A DNA stretch of 62,842 nt, counting the filler, from Rhabdomonas costata (lineage: Eukaryota), in NCBI GenBank assembly GCA_019059605.1. It is 27 parts of 27 records of this genome, joined end to end, with 100 filler letters (N's around TTAATTAATTAA, not from the genome) between each part and the next. Parts side by side here need not be neighbours in the genome. Positions count along the whole stretch, not along the records: positions 23,327 to 25,558 come from JAHMHO010004664.1; positions 25,659 to 27,890 come from JAHMHO010004665.1; positions 27,991 to 30,222 come from JAHMHO010004666.1; positions 30,323 to 32,554 come from JAHMHO010004667.1; positions 32,655 to 34,885 come from JAHMHO010004668.1; positions 34,986 to 37,217 come from JAHMHO010004669.1; 21 more parts are not named here. The stretch is one strand, 5' to 3'. Positions 23,814-36,346 of this stretch are shown here, piece by piece. Every line of letters begins with the position of its first letter. The first letter of the stretch is position 1. The position numbers and the translations under genes are program-made. The notes beneath the pieces are model-generated. The model saw only the letters and a list, made by a program, of their open reading frames with translations. It was not told where the DNA came from and made no database searches.

Positions 23814-26053
23814 GTAATATTCCCAACCTTCTCTGTTCTATTGTGTATGCTGAAGTTTCCAGTTTTTAGATTGATAGTTTATGCTCTCTCTCTTGGGAAG
23901 CCGAAGCACCTCGGGTCTTCATTTTAGACTATGCAAATGAGGCAAAAAGGCTGCGATGCCGTCCTTGCACCCCCTGGCAGTGGCCTTTGGCGGCTCTTTG
24001 TACCTTTCCCACTCTCTTGTGCCGCTTGAAACGCTTTTTGTGAAGGGTCGACGTAGAAATTGGTTTGGGCGGTGTCCCTTTTGCAGTTTAAATGAAGTCA
24101 AATGGAGTTAAATGGGGTCCGATTTTGCGGACTTGTCCCTCTCCCTCAGAGAGTGTGCCTCGTCCCTGCAGGTATACTTGGTGGTACCTTCCGAAGTTAC
24201 CTATTTTCAGTCATCTCTTCTAGTTGTTTTGGTCGTCTTGTATGCTTTCGGTCCCCCCCAAAATGGAGTTGAATGATGTTAAACAGCCCAAAAGGAATTG
24301 GTCGCCGAAAACGCTGCGGCGCCGCTTTTTTTTTTCTCTCGGCAGATGTGGTGGTGTGTCCTTGATCGTTTCATTTGGCATTGTTGCAATTGTTGCTCTA
24401 GTACTGTGCTGTGCTGCCTTGTCTTTCAGCTCGGTACGACCCTCCGGCCAAGAGAGGCTGTGGGCCGCCCTAGCTGACTTGCGTTGAAGTAAACGTGTCT
24501 GAACGGCTGACTTGCTTTCTGACCTGTTACTTTACTCCAATTCTTCCATTTAATTCTTCGGACTTTTCCGGACTTTGGTCACCCCAATGTACTTGAACAT
24601 GTCATGGCATCTTGGGATTGTCCTCGACCAACGACTCTTGAACCGAGGGCTCCTGACGTGCAACTGTTGTCTGCTTTTGTGTTGTGCAGTGCTCCAGCCT
24701 TCTGGAAAGGGATAACCGCGAAAAGGAGTGCAAACCTAAGTTGGCAATTGGCAAGGCCTTGACTGGTATCCACAACATATTATTGATGCGACTCAGATGA
24801 TCAAAGCCAAAGCAGGCCTGGGGTTTTTGGGTATTTCAGTGGGCTGCGTGCCGGTCCTCGGGGTCAGGACATTCCGGACGTTCTCCTCAGGCCGGTTGTA
24901 GTGCCCCTTGGCGGCTCTTTCGTCTCACTTGCCGCTTGCCCCATGCAGCTTAGGGTTTACGGTAGCACGATACCGTATATTAAAAGACCACCCACGCCGA
25001 AAGAGGCCAGGCTGTTGGTTCGCGGTCGCCTGCAGTCCACAAAACTCACTGTCACCTGAATCACTGCATCACTGTCATCCCCGGGGTCCACTGGGGAGAG
25101 TGTGTTCTCCACTAGAATCAGGTGACAGATACACGGCTCCTAACACCTGTCTGAAAGGCCGGTGGCTCGCTGTGCAAATCGTCATCGCCATTCCTAATGA
25201 CCATACGGACATCTGCCCAAACCTGTAGACGTCCCAGCGAAAGATAAGCTGTGATTACTCCAGCTCACCAAAACCAAATGCCCTTCGAGAATGCTCTTGC
25301 GGTCCTGGAACCGCCTTTGGGGTCAGTGCTGCGGATAAATCCGAATTATCCTCCCAAACCTGCCGCAGGAACACAACGAAAGTAATAATGAGTCGTCGTC
25401 GGCGTAGCCATCGCCTGTCAGTTAAGTCAGTACCGCCTTTTCTTTTTTTAGTGGACTTTCATTCGTTTCTCGAGATTCTCGTGTGTCTTGTTCCTGAAAT
25501 ATGGACTCCGCCCCGGCCACCACTTCTGCGGAGTCCATATTTCAGGAACAAAACCCACNNNNNNNNNNNNNNNNNNNNNNNNNNNNNNNNNNNNNNNNNN
25601 NNTTAATTAATTAANNNNNNNNNNNNNNNNNNNNNNNNNNNNNNNNNNNNNNNNNNNNCAGTTTTCAGTGTTTATCAAACGGAATTATAATTAGCTGTGG
25701 GGGTGTTCGGAACATGTTCCCTAAGTGAGTTGTCTCTTTTTTCTTTTTCTGTTTTTTGTGGAGTTCGTAAAAATATCGAAATTCCCACGCTGACATAAGG
25801 GCGGTTTTCTGAACTGATGGCTTCTTTTGACTGCCGCGTCCAAAATCGTTGGTTTGTGGATTTCTTTGCCGCTGTTTCAGACTTAAAGGGTGTGACTTGG
25901 TGCTCTTCTATGGGGAGAGTGAAATCAGTTCGTTCTTAGTGATGTCCCTGGTGCTAGATTTAAAACACCTCATCAAGTTTTTTCACTGCTGTCTTCTCAT
26001 AGAATAGGTCTGGCCTCTCACGTCGCAGTCAAATTTTCTGGTTTCTTTCAAAA

Positions 26054-26674
26054 ATGTCAATACCCGCAATTTCATTGGCACTGTGCTACATGACTCTGTG
26101 TTCCGCGGCGTACGTCTACCTCCACGAAGCGAAGGCGCGCTGCTTTTTCCACGAGTTGAATGCCGACGACACGGTAGTGGTGCACTACAAGGTGTTGTCC
26201 CCAGAACCGGGCCTTGGCGTCGGGTTGGTCGTTTCCGACCCAGAGGGCTTTGTTGTGGAGCGCGCCACGCTGTCCAAAGCCGAGGACAGCCTGGAAGTCT
26301 CGGGGCTGAATATTCCCGGTGAGCATTCCATCTGCTTAAGCACGATGAGCAGGACTGTGGGTGCAAAAGGATCGCCTCTGAAACTCTTTGTGGGAATCCT
26401 CCGCGGCTTGGAGTTGGGCCAGGGCGGAGCAGTGCCCTTGACGAGGATGGAGGCCGTGCACCAGCGAGTGTCGCACTTGAGGGAAGAGTTTGCGGGGGTG
26501 CTTAAGGAGATGCGCCAGACCCGTGACCGGCTGGATCAGCTCCGCGCCACCACCAGCACAACGCAGGTGCGGGTGTGGGTGCTCGGTGCGGTGCAGGTGC
26601 TGATTGTGGTGCTGAGTGGAGCTCACGCAGTGCGCTCTTTGAAGACATTTCTGGTGGCCAAGAAGGTGGTTTGA
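26054..26674 (+). CDS. p24/emp24/gp25L (TMED) family cargo receptor, complete and intronless
   Basis: 206 aa: signal peptide, GOLD domain with two Cys (RCFFHEL...GEHSICL), coiled coil, TM helix and tail LKTFLVAKKVV. Confidence 0.93.
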   Translation: MSIPAISLALCYMTLCSAAYVYLHEAKARCFFHELNADDTVVVHYKVLSPEPGLGVGLVVSDPEGFVVERATLSKAEDSLEVSGLNIPGEHSICLSTMSRTVGAKGSPLKLFVGILRGLELGQGGAVPLTRMEAVHQRVSHLREEFAGVLKEMRQTRDRLDQLRATTSTTQVRVWVLGAVQVLIVVLSGAHAVRSLKTFLVAKKVV

Positions 26675-27214
26675 TGTGCAGCAGCTTCCGCTTTGTTGCC
26701 CGACGATGCCGGGAAAGAGCGGCGCCTCTAGTTTCTCCCGATTGAGCGCATGCGGCGGTTGAAAATGGACGGGATGGGCCTTGAAGTTCTCTCAGCCAGT
26801 CGTATGGCATTGAGTGAGCTGCGGATACACACATTGTACTTTTAGCGAGGTGGCTGTTCTCCACAGATGCAGAGGTGCAAGATCTTCCCAGCCCATGACA
26901 AGCATATTAGGCCTTAATTAGTCGCTCTCTTGGGTTCGTGGTGTCCCAAAGGTTACCCTATCCAGCCCCATGGAAATGCGGCGAAGTCAAAACTGATGAA
27001 AAATGGACCCTTCAAGATGCCAGAACCGGGCATAGAGATTCAGCTAGAGGCTGGGAAACTGTCAGTAAACTCCCCTCGTTAGAACTACCATCCCAACAAG
27101 TATGGGCTTAACCAGTCAGTTTGAGTGTTGGTTGCTTTCCGGCCTTTACCAGCCTTTTCAGGCCAACTTCTACTTTCCCCTTGTGCCTGTGAGCGCTAGA
27201 GAGAGGGAGAAGGG

Positions 27215-27890
27215 ATGAATTTGAACACTACGTGCTGCTCCCCCGAGGATGTGGCGTACGTCAAGAAGCACAACCTGGCCGCTCTTCTGGAGAAGGCGGT
27301 GTCCAAGGTGATTGCTGACAAGCCTGAGAACCCCTTTGCCTTTCTGGCCTCGGAGATTGCCAAGGCGGCCCCCCTGGTCAAGGGTCGACCCCCCACCCCA
27401 GCACTCGGCACTTTGCAAGTTGGCTTGGGACAGAGGAGATACAGGTTAGAAATGAATGGTTGGTTGGGAAAATGAAACTAGACAACAGAAAAGATGATGG
27501 CCGTTCACATATTACAAGTAGCGCGTTACACCGATAAATTAAGAACATACTTTTTGTCCTCAGTAACAGATGATGTAACTTGATGTAATGATATGTAATT
27601 TGCCTTAGCACGCACGCTACTCGCATGACTTCGCTGCTGTGAGCCAAGGGGTGCTCACCGTGCTCACTGTGCAACTGGCCAAGGTCAACTTCCTGCCCAC
27701 GGGTCCGATGCGGACATCCTGGCTCATTCTTTGCCTTTGGTTGGTCTCTCCTATTCAATGTCTGTCCGCTCCGGGGCGAGATCGCAAAGATCCACCAAAT
27801 GCTCTTTTCGGGTATGATTTCATAGAAGCACCCCAGAAGAAGCCCAGGACGGAGGATGGCGGGTTCACCTACGACTACATCGTGATCGGC
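27215..27890 (+). CDS. Dpy-30/RIIa-like docking domain spliced to the start of a flavin oxidoreductase (exons ~27215-27383 and 27826->27890)
   Basis: AYVKKHNLAALLEKAVSKVIADKPENPFAFLASEI is a D/D-type motif. Phase-1 donor GTCGAC (27384) and acceptor catag (27825) join it in frame to EAPQKKPRTEDGGFTYDYIVIG, the first strand of a Rossmann fold, which is cut by the contig end. Confidence 0.65.
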
Positions 27891-29183
27891 NNNNNNNNNN
27901 NNNNNNNNNNNNNNNNNNNNNNNNNNNNNNNNNNTTAATTAATTAANNNNNNNNNNNNNNNNNNNNNNNNNNNNNNNNNNNNNNNNNNNNTTTGTTGTGG
28001 AAATATTCTTGCAGCTTTCTTTTTGCAATTATAAAAAAGGAAATCCCCCTGCTGTGAATTGTATATTACAGACATCCCCACAACAGAAAGAGGTTCCTTC
28101 AATTGAAACGCATTCCGCATTTTTAGACTTATTCCGGGGGGGGGGGGTCATGCTTCACCAGAGCCGAAAGTTGACATGGGCGCACCTCATAGTCTTGGCA
28201 AGCAATCGGTGTTGATTGACAGTGGGGCCTTGCTCCAGAAGGAAGAGCTCACGAAGGGCCTAAAAAAAACAGCAGCAAAAGCTCAACATACCTTGTCCGC
28301 TTGAGAGCGATCCATGAGTTATGCCAACGTTCAAGCAGACCTTTCCTATTTATTGAATGGCCTACATCATTTCAAAAGTAAAAAAGGAGCCAAATTGCAG
28401 TTGGAGCAGGACTCAGACGAGGGAGAGCTTCGCCCCAACGCATTCTCCCCAAAGGCTTACCAAAGCCCAGAAAGAGTGGCCTTCCCATGAGACGAAATGC
28501 ACGCCATTGTGGTCCTGCTGATCAAGTGTGAAAGTTTGGTCAGAAGTCAGAAAGGCACGGTCTGTGCCCAAGACTTTCGGGTGTGTGGCTACTACAGTCC
28601 CTACGTGCCGAACCACGCTGCGTTAGCAGCTCCCCAGTCTGACATTCTTCAGACTGACCGTTTTGAATGGCGTGCGGGTCAGGAGATGATGAATGGGTGT
28701 TTGTGGTGCTTAACATTGTTCACCCTGAGAAAGACCTTTCTTTATTCACTAGGAGGATAGAGGAAGACAAACAAAAACACGTTGAGATGAAGCCTCGCCT
28801 CCAGATACAATCCAGATTTATTACAGCCCATTTTAGTCCGAAACACTTTTTTCTATTGTGACCTTTCAAACAAAGTGACGATGACGATACTTCCCATTTA
28901 GTGTCCTTCAACAGCCCCCATGTCAAACAGGTTCCAACTTGACACCTCTCGATATCACAATAAAGGCAGGACGTGAAAAGCTCAACAGCGGGGGAGGTCC
29001 TCTCCTCTCCATCCTGTCCTCTGGGGGATGAGGGGAGCGATGCGAGGTTGGCAACAGGGAAGCCACCTGACGGATTCTCTCTGAAGCACATCCTTTTTCC
29101 TATTGGGGTTTCCCTTGCCTTCGTGTGCGAATTGTTTGTGTGAGGCTTTCCAAAACTGCATAACAGGCCCACCATAAATAAAC

Positions 29184-29375
29184 CTCTCCGAAGAAGGCCA
29201 TCTGGAGGATAACCAGCGCGAGCACCGTGGACTTGACCATCTGGTTGCTCCACAGGTTGTGGTAGAACGAGACAAGCTTCCTCCGGTCCCACGCCAGCAG
29301 CTTGAAAGGGATGCACAGCGACAGCACCCACATCGCCTCCATGATCATCAGCAGAAACATGAGGTTTCGAATCAT
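29184..29375 (-). CDS. BAP31/BAP29-like ER membrane protein, first exon
   Basis: MIRNLMFLLMIMEAMWVLSLCIPF...WSN...VLALVILQMAFFGE resembles the BAP31 TM1 pattern (E...LLCIPF) and TM2. An AG acceptor lies 22 nt upstream of the ATG. Confidence 0.55.
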
Positions 29376-29858
29376 TCTTGTTCCGATCGCAAAGCAACTA
29401 ACGAATAGAGTCTGTTAAAATGATGAAAAACAGAAAACAATAGTGGTTTTTGCAGAAAAAAAAAGGGGTGCGCACAGCCCGGCGTGGAGCGCAATAGTCG
29501 AGTGAAATCACACGGTTTTGGTGACCCGAACCGTGCATAAACACGTTTGTCACTGCTATCAGTCGTTGCGTGAGAACAAAAGAAAATGGGGTTCTGGGTT
29601 TGGCATCAAGCATGAAGAAAAAACTCAGACTGCTGGTCCTCGCAACGCAACGCGAATCCCAAATCTGTTCGAGTGAACTCAAACTCATGGATTTGCGAGA
29701 ATGTTGCAATCAACTGAGAACGGGAAATCAACTCCCACAAACTGTATTTCATATTATGCAGTGACAACGAGGACAAAAAGTAAGGAAACGGAGCGCGGTG
29801 CCCAATCCAGTCAATCCAGCCCTTCTGATCCCAGCAGAAATGGGCACATGGCAACAGT

Positions 29859-29945
29859 TCACGCCAGCCGGGCGTAGTTCTTGCCAGTCTCGAAGTCCAT
29901 CTGATATTGCAGCCCAGGTGGGCAGACGTGCTCAGGGAGAACCTC
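29859..29945 (-). CDS. Terminal exon EVLPEHVCPPGLQYQMDFETGKNYARLA*
   Basis: tgtcag acceptor followed by 28 codons and TGA. Resembles the short PxGL-x3-(D/N)-x2-TG-x3-A(K/R)L motif of SIL1 N-termini. Confidence 0.5.
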   Translation of the reverse strand, partial: EVLPEHVCPPGLQYQMDFETGKNYARLA

Positions 29946-31307
29946 CTGACAAAGACATACACAGAGTTGTAGGTTGGAGTTAGGGAGACGAGCTAAGAGG
30001 AGTTCTGGAAAACAGCGAAAAGGTGTGCAAAGCAAACATAAACAGCAAACATAAAAAATACACCTGCCAATACGACTTTGCCTCAAAATGTACACGCCCA
30101 GGAGGAAGGCGCGAGGCAGCCCCGTGAGGCCGCAGCCACGTCTCGAGGCTGCGGTGCTTCCCACAACGTTCCTTGCAGCCTCCCATCTCTCCATCGCCAC
30201 CGAAGGCGGCGAACACCACAACNNNNNNNNNNNNNNNNNNNNNNNNNNNNNNNNNNNNNNNNNNNNTTAATTAATTAANNNNNNNNNNNNNNNNNNNNNN
30301 NNNNNNNNNNNNNNNNNNNNNNTGTGGGGTGGGTTGTGGTGAATGGACCTTGGGGATCTGTGCACCCGCACTGCAACAGTTATGATGCAAGTACGTCAGC
30401 CGTGCCAATGAAACTCAGTCGCTGCCTCTGTGCACACACCGGAACATACCTGCACTCTCTTTTTAACCCTATTAGCCTTCTTCAGGTTTTGTTCCTCATC
30501 AAAAATTGAGGAACAGAAGTTGAGGCCTACCACAGACCGTAACCTTCGCCCTGCAGCCTAACCAACCAATGAAAAGTCATCGCTCGCCTCTGCTTCTGCC
30601 TGAAATGTCCATCACATCCCCCACAAGAACGCTGTCCATGTCCAGGGGGACTCCGGGACCTTTTTTATCCTTATCTGCAGCTCAGTATGGCTTATGCGGA
30701 TTACGTCAGCCTGCAGTATTCTTGGGACTCGAGCTTCCTGGCCTTAGCAGCAGCACAAAGAGATAGAAATCAGCTGCTGACACTCTTCGTGGGTACTTAA
30801 TACTACTAGGGAAGTTATAAGCAGCCCATGAAACAGCCCTCAAAAGACCATTAATTGACTGCTGGAGCGGCTGCAATCGGAAACATTCCGACTCCAGTGC
30901 CAGCACAAAGTTACCCTGGGCTCTACCCTCAGGTATGCAAAGCGGGCCAGGCCAAAATCTTCGTATGCTCCGTATGCAAGCCTGCAAAAGGTCCAAAAAG
31001 TGTCCACCCCGACAATTGGAAATACGACCAATGGAAAACTCCCCAAATAGACCCCTCAAGTTGCCATACCTAGGTATAGAGATGCAGCCAGAAGCTGGGA
31101 AGCTGCCAGTAACCTAAACTCAGAAACACTGCCATCGACACGGCACTATCCGGCAGTCAAACCCCTGCCAGTTGGTCCGGTCGGTCCGGCTCCCGCCCTT
31201 GACATTTATGTGTGTACAGGACCAAAAACCGGCTATCAGGGCAGATGCGTGATGCTGGAAGACCCCCTTCTCAGAATGACAACAAGAGAAATATCATGTG
31301 CAGGTAC

Positions 31308-32038
31308 CGTTCCTCCAGCCCGCCTGTCCATCTCGGAGAGCTGCTGCATGTATCCCGGGTTGGGATCAATGAACGGCCTGCGGGCTCGGATGTGCTCCAG
31401 AGCGTCCCTCATGCTCATCCCGTGGGTCTTCATAAGATACCCCGCTACCAGGCTGGCCGCCCGGCTCACCCCGGCCATGCAGTGCACGAACACCACCCCA
31501 CCCTGGGCCAGCGCGCCCTGGATGAACCAGGATGGGCCGTCGAAGTCCACCCGCTCCGTGGCAGAGTCCTGAAAGACAGGTAAAAACGGATTGAGAGAGA
31601 GCGAAAAACAAAAACTGCAATAGAACGGTGTCATGCAACGTCCAACGCTCCAACTTCCATGAATTCGGTCATGTGCATTTTTTGGTGGTGACTCCGGCCG
31701 GCACATGCGCCCCCCCCAAGGGATTCCACTAAATGTTATTGCAGGAAGGATACATGACCACAACGATGTTCTGGATGTCAAGATCCTAGGTGCCTGGGAT
31801 AGTACTTAGTCCTGGAAAGCGACAACCTGCGTATAACATTGCCATATGTACGTATAACATTACTGGACGTATAATGACTGCCACTCCCCACACACTGCTA
31901 TTCACCCAGATTGTTCACTGCCCTGAGAAATTGCACGTCTGCGAGCAGCAAGTAGAGGCGAAAGCGAAGAAGGGGGTCCGAGGGCTCGACATCGTTGGCA
32001 AAATTGCCGCTGCTCAATGCTACAACTACACTGAGGTC
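31308..32038 (-). CDS. Dual-specificity protein phosphatase (exons 31937-32038, 31308-31568)
   Basis: Catalytic loop VFVHCMAGVSRAASLVAGYLM and R motif RARRPFIDPNPGYMQQL. Confidence 0.93.
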
Positions 32039-33311
32039 CTGAACACCCACAGGAGCGCGCTGCCATGCCGTGACCAGAGGCCAAATAATCTGGAAGAATC
32101 AATGACCTAGGGCACGCCCAAGCTGATGTCCTCATTCAAGCATAACAACCCGTGCCGCCCACCACAGCGCTTGGTTACATGGCGCCACACGTTGCCCGAT
32201 GAAGGGTCAAGCTCTCATGCCATTGTAGAGCGAGAAACGAAAAGATTATTACACCTCGTAATGGTGCGAAAAAATGATTACGCTCAGTAATGATTTGATT
32301 TGAGGCCATTGCTGGAGGGAAAGTGAAAGGCTGGAACCGCAACCACCACAATGCAAAAGGCAGCAGACAGAGGGCCTGGTTTGTGCATGTGCATGTGCAG
32401 AGCCGCACGGGTGAGAAAGAAAGATCCCACAGAAAGAGAATTGGGTACAATTGTCAACAGAGAAAAAGAACGTAACCCCCAAGCAAGCCGAAGCATCGTC
32501 ATCATACAAAGGTGAAGGAACGGGTTGCTGAGTATGGTTCCCGTTACCCACCCCNNNNNNNNNNNNNNNNNNNNNNNNNNNNNNNNNNNNNNNNNNNNTT
32601 AATTAATTAANNNNNNNNNNNNNNNNNNNNNNNNNNNNNNNNNNNNNNNNNNNNTCTGGGCCCTGTTTGGTTGGGCGCTGCCAAGATGAGTCGTCAAGAG
32701 GCTTCTTTCGCCGCAAACAAGTGTCGGAGCTGCCAAGGCAACAGAGAAAAATGGCGCGGGGCCTGACGACTCTGATTCTCGTGGATTTTGCGAACGCATA
32801 CAACTCCCAAATCGGCAGAAGTTGCTGGAGGAGGTTGGTGGGAAAGCTCCGAAAGCCGCCCGAAGTTGGAGTGGACGAAATCGGCCAGTGCTTTCGCGAG
32901 AAACTGCACAATTTTTTCTTTTGCAATTTCCACCGAAAATTTTACTTGGATTTCAACTTGCTTGTTTTTGCACCTTTCCATTGCACTCTTTTGCGCCTTT
33001 TTTTTTTGCACCTTTTTTGCATTGCACTTTGATCCTTTTTGGACCCCAAGACGGAAATCCTTCTTTCGCCTGCCTGTAATATGTTTTGTATTGCCATCAA
33101 ACCAGGCGAAAAATTGGCTTGAAATGACATTTTTTATAAAACAAAATAAGGTCATGCTCACAGCAGTCCAGTGAACGGCACACCAGCATTTTGTACTGTT
33201 TTGCATGTTTTTTGCATCGCGCTTTTGATCTCGCCAATTTTGCACTTTTTCTCAGTTTATCCAGGGACATTGCTGAGCAAGCTGGTTTGCAGTGCTTTTC
33301 ATTTCTTTCAG

Positions 33312-34730
33312 GCATATGGTGGAGGCCACTATGCTGAAGGCATCAAGAAGTTGGAGGAAGACATCGCTGCCAAAGCGAAGAAGATCAACGACATTATTGG
33401 GATCAAAGAGTCCGACACGGGACTGTCACAGCCTTCTAACTGGGACCTGCAGGGCGACAAGCAGACTTTGAACTCAGAGCACACCTTGCATGTATGTTTC
33501 AATTTCTTTCCCACACGGAAACCATTTTGAACCTGGGTCGTACAAAAATTTGCTTCAAATCGCTTTGAAACGTGTATAAATCCCAGGCTCTTTGGTTTTT
33601 TTCCGCAGGTTGCCCGCTGCACAAAGATTATAAATGCAAGCACCGAGGATGCAAAGTACATGATCAATGTGAAGCACGTTGGGAAGTTTGTTGTCGGTCT
33701 GGGTGAGCGCGTGGCCCCCACAGACATTGACGTGTGTTCGCAAGTTTGCTTGCGGTGGTGATGTTTTTCTTCGATTTTTGTCAACCATTTCGGTTTTGTG
33801 TTTTATGCAGGAGGCGATGCGAGTGGGTGTGGACCGCACGAAGTACTTCATTCAGATTCCCTTGCCTCCGAAGATTGACCCCACTGTGAGCATGATGCAG
33901 GTGGAGGAAAAGCCTGACATTACCTACGCAGACGTCGGAGGTTCGAAGGAACAAGTGGAGAAAATCAGGGAGGTTGTGGAGCTGCCGCTGCTTCAACCCG
34001 AAAGGTTCTTCTGGCCCTCTCTTTTCATGTTTGAAAGCGCACACTTGCTCTCTCTTGCACACTTGCTCTCTCCCTTGTTCCTGGCTGTGCGTTGTTCTTC
34101 CCAGGTTTACTGCGCTGGGAATCGATCCTCCGAAGGGTGTGCTCTTATACGGTCCTCCTGGAACAGGTGTGTACGGTCCTTCTCATTGTGTGTTCTTTCC
34201 ACTTGTCTTCTTTTTCATAAAAACCGCAGAATAAAATGAAGCAGGGCAACTGCAACTGCATTTTTGACCCAAACTCGTGGCAAAAGGCGGGAGTTCCGAT
34301 TACACAAGCGAGTTTTCAGAAAACAACAACCCCAAAGCACCGTCACCGGCCGAGGGTGAAAGGTCGGGACTCTCCTTACCCCAAGCACCGGCCACGCAGC
34401 GTTTCGGGAGGCCTGCTGTATATACAAAGGACCCCAGGTCTGCTTCGACTTAGCCCTCTATAACCCATGTGTGTATACACGGAAAAAATTCTTTCCAAAG
34501 AATTAAAGTTGAAATATTCTTTGAAGGTTTGTATTTTGTGATGGTGACCAACCTCTTGATACTGAAATCCCCCACTCGGTAACCGCATTCGGGGATAACT
34601 TCTTTTGTCCATCTCGTTGCCCCTGCAAAAAGTCACGGCCTCTCTTCGTTTCTCAGGAAAAACTCTGCTCGCTCGCGCTGTGGCAAACCGAGCAGATGCC
34701 ACCTTCATCAGAGTCATTGGCTCAGAGCTG
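33312..34730 (+). CDS. RPT1: 26S proteasome AAA ATPase Rpt1 (exons 33312-33491, 33609-33731, 33811-34004, 34105-34166, 34657-34730)
   Basis: [40 protein letters not shown], Walker A GPPGT|GKT and RVIGSEL. All introns are GT-AG and in phase. Confidence 0.97.
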
Positions 34731-36220
34731 GTACTTTGCGCCTGCCCCCCCCCCTTTTTTTTTTTTCGAAATTCGACATATATTGGCCATATTCTTTTCC
34801 ACTGTGCTGGAGAGTTTTGCCTTGCTGCTTTCTGGTGGCAGTATCAAATCGTAATTCAAGTCTCGAACATTTTACCGTGTGCAGANNNNNNNNNNNNNNN
34901 NNNNNNNNNNNNNNNNNNNNNNNNNNNNNTTAATTAATTAANNNNNNNNNNNNNNNNNNNNNNNNNNNNNNNNNNNNNNNNNNNNCTCCTTTATAAGTGA
35001 AGAGGTGGTGCAACGTTTGAAGCTACAGCTGTACCCGCTTCAGCAGAAGCTCACAGTGAGAGAGTGGCCAATGCAGAAGTCCCTCCAGCACGGTGCGGTG
35101 ATTGACATTAGCATCACTTGGTTTCCTGACGGCATGGCGGGGCACAGCCCCTCCGCGGAAGCGAAGCTCGCAAAGAGTGTTTCGCCTTCCGACGCCCAGA
35201 AGCATGCCATGGGCTCCCCGAGCTCAACTCAGAAACCCATGGTGTGCATGTAATGCAGGATACTTTGCATTTTTTGTCTTTGTGACCAAGAGGCGAGCGA
35301 GGGGTTGGGTAATTAGAAAGAGTACTGTAAACGCCCGTCGAGGTTCCCAACGCCCCGTGTACACTGTGGACTGTGTGACAAGCGAGAGAGAGAGAGAGCG
35401 CGCGTGCGACAAAGCAGTCACGGAGTGGACGTCGGTGTGGCCCGATGGGTCCATGCCAGCGGGTCCTTTCCTGAAAATTTGCCCTGGCCAAGTGCAATGT
35501 GTGTGTAAGTGCGTGAAAAAGTGACAAAAAATGGACAGAAATTTAAGTTCTCGAAAACCAAACGGTTCTGTTTCCCCGCGATATTGCCCGCGTCACCTCA
35601 AAAGTGAGAATTTTTCTCGCTGTACATTAAATTTTACGATTTCGGAGTTAGAGAGCGAAAAAGGGGGTCTAAAAACCATGCTTTTTCGCCGCCTAACAGC
35701 TCAAAAGGGGCCTTTTTCCGTGCATGTTTTTGGTTTGGACTGAGTTCTTATTTTTGACCTGACGCGAAGCATATGATGGGCTCTCCTGAAGAAATTTGAA
35801 AATAGTAAACTTCCACAAACAATGGCCCGGAGTCTTGTCCCCCACCCCTCATCTTTGACTGTTTTGCCCTATTTTCGGCCCATTTTGTCAGTTTTTGCCA
35901 ATTTTAGGGCATTTTCCACTGTGAATTCTTTTTGCCCCACACACATACATTGAATCCAGGGTCGGAAACTGTGTTGGCAGCATCTTCCATCGGGACTTTG
36001 TTGGCCCATCTATTGACGAGGGGGGTCACTGGATTTCAACATTCCATTTCAACCCCCATTTCGAGTTTTGCCAAATGCTTAAAGAGGATTCCCCTGATGC
36101 CTCACAGCAGTGTCGTCCTCTCCATTGAGCGCAGAATGTGTTGCTTCCCAGTTGATTCCCCTTTCCTCCGTCAATGCGCACCGCAATACTGGTGTGCGGG
36201 GGTGTCCGCTTTTTATACAG

Positions 36221-36346
36221 GCCGCAGGATGGGCTCCAGGAGACGGTGCGTACGGTGTCTTGAATTTCGACCCGGCCAAGCTCTGGGTCGCCAACCCCAC
36301 CGTTCCGTCTTCCGTGGAGGCCCCGACTACATACATTGTGTGGTGA
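36221..36346 (+). CDS. Putative terminal exon of an unknown gene
   Basis: tttatacag acceptor followed by AAGWAPGDGAYGVLNFDPAKLWVANPTVPSSVEAPTTYIVW*. Confidence 0.35.
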   Translation, partial: AAGWAPGDGAYGVLNFDPAKLWVANPTVPSSVEAPTTYIVW

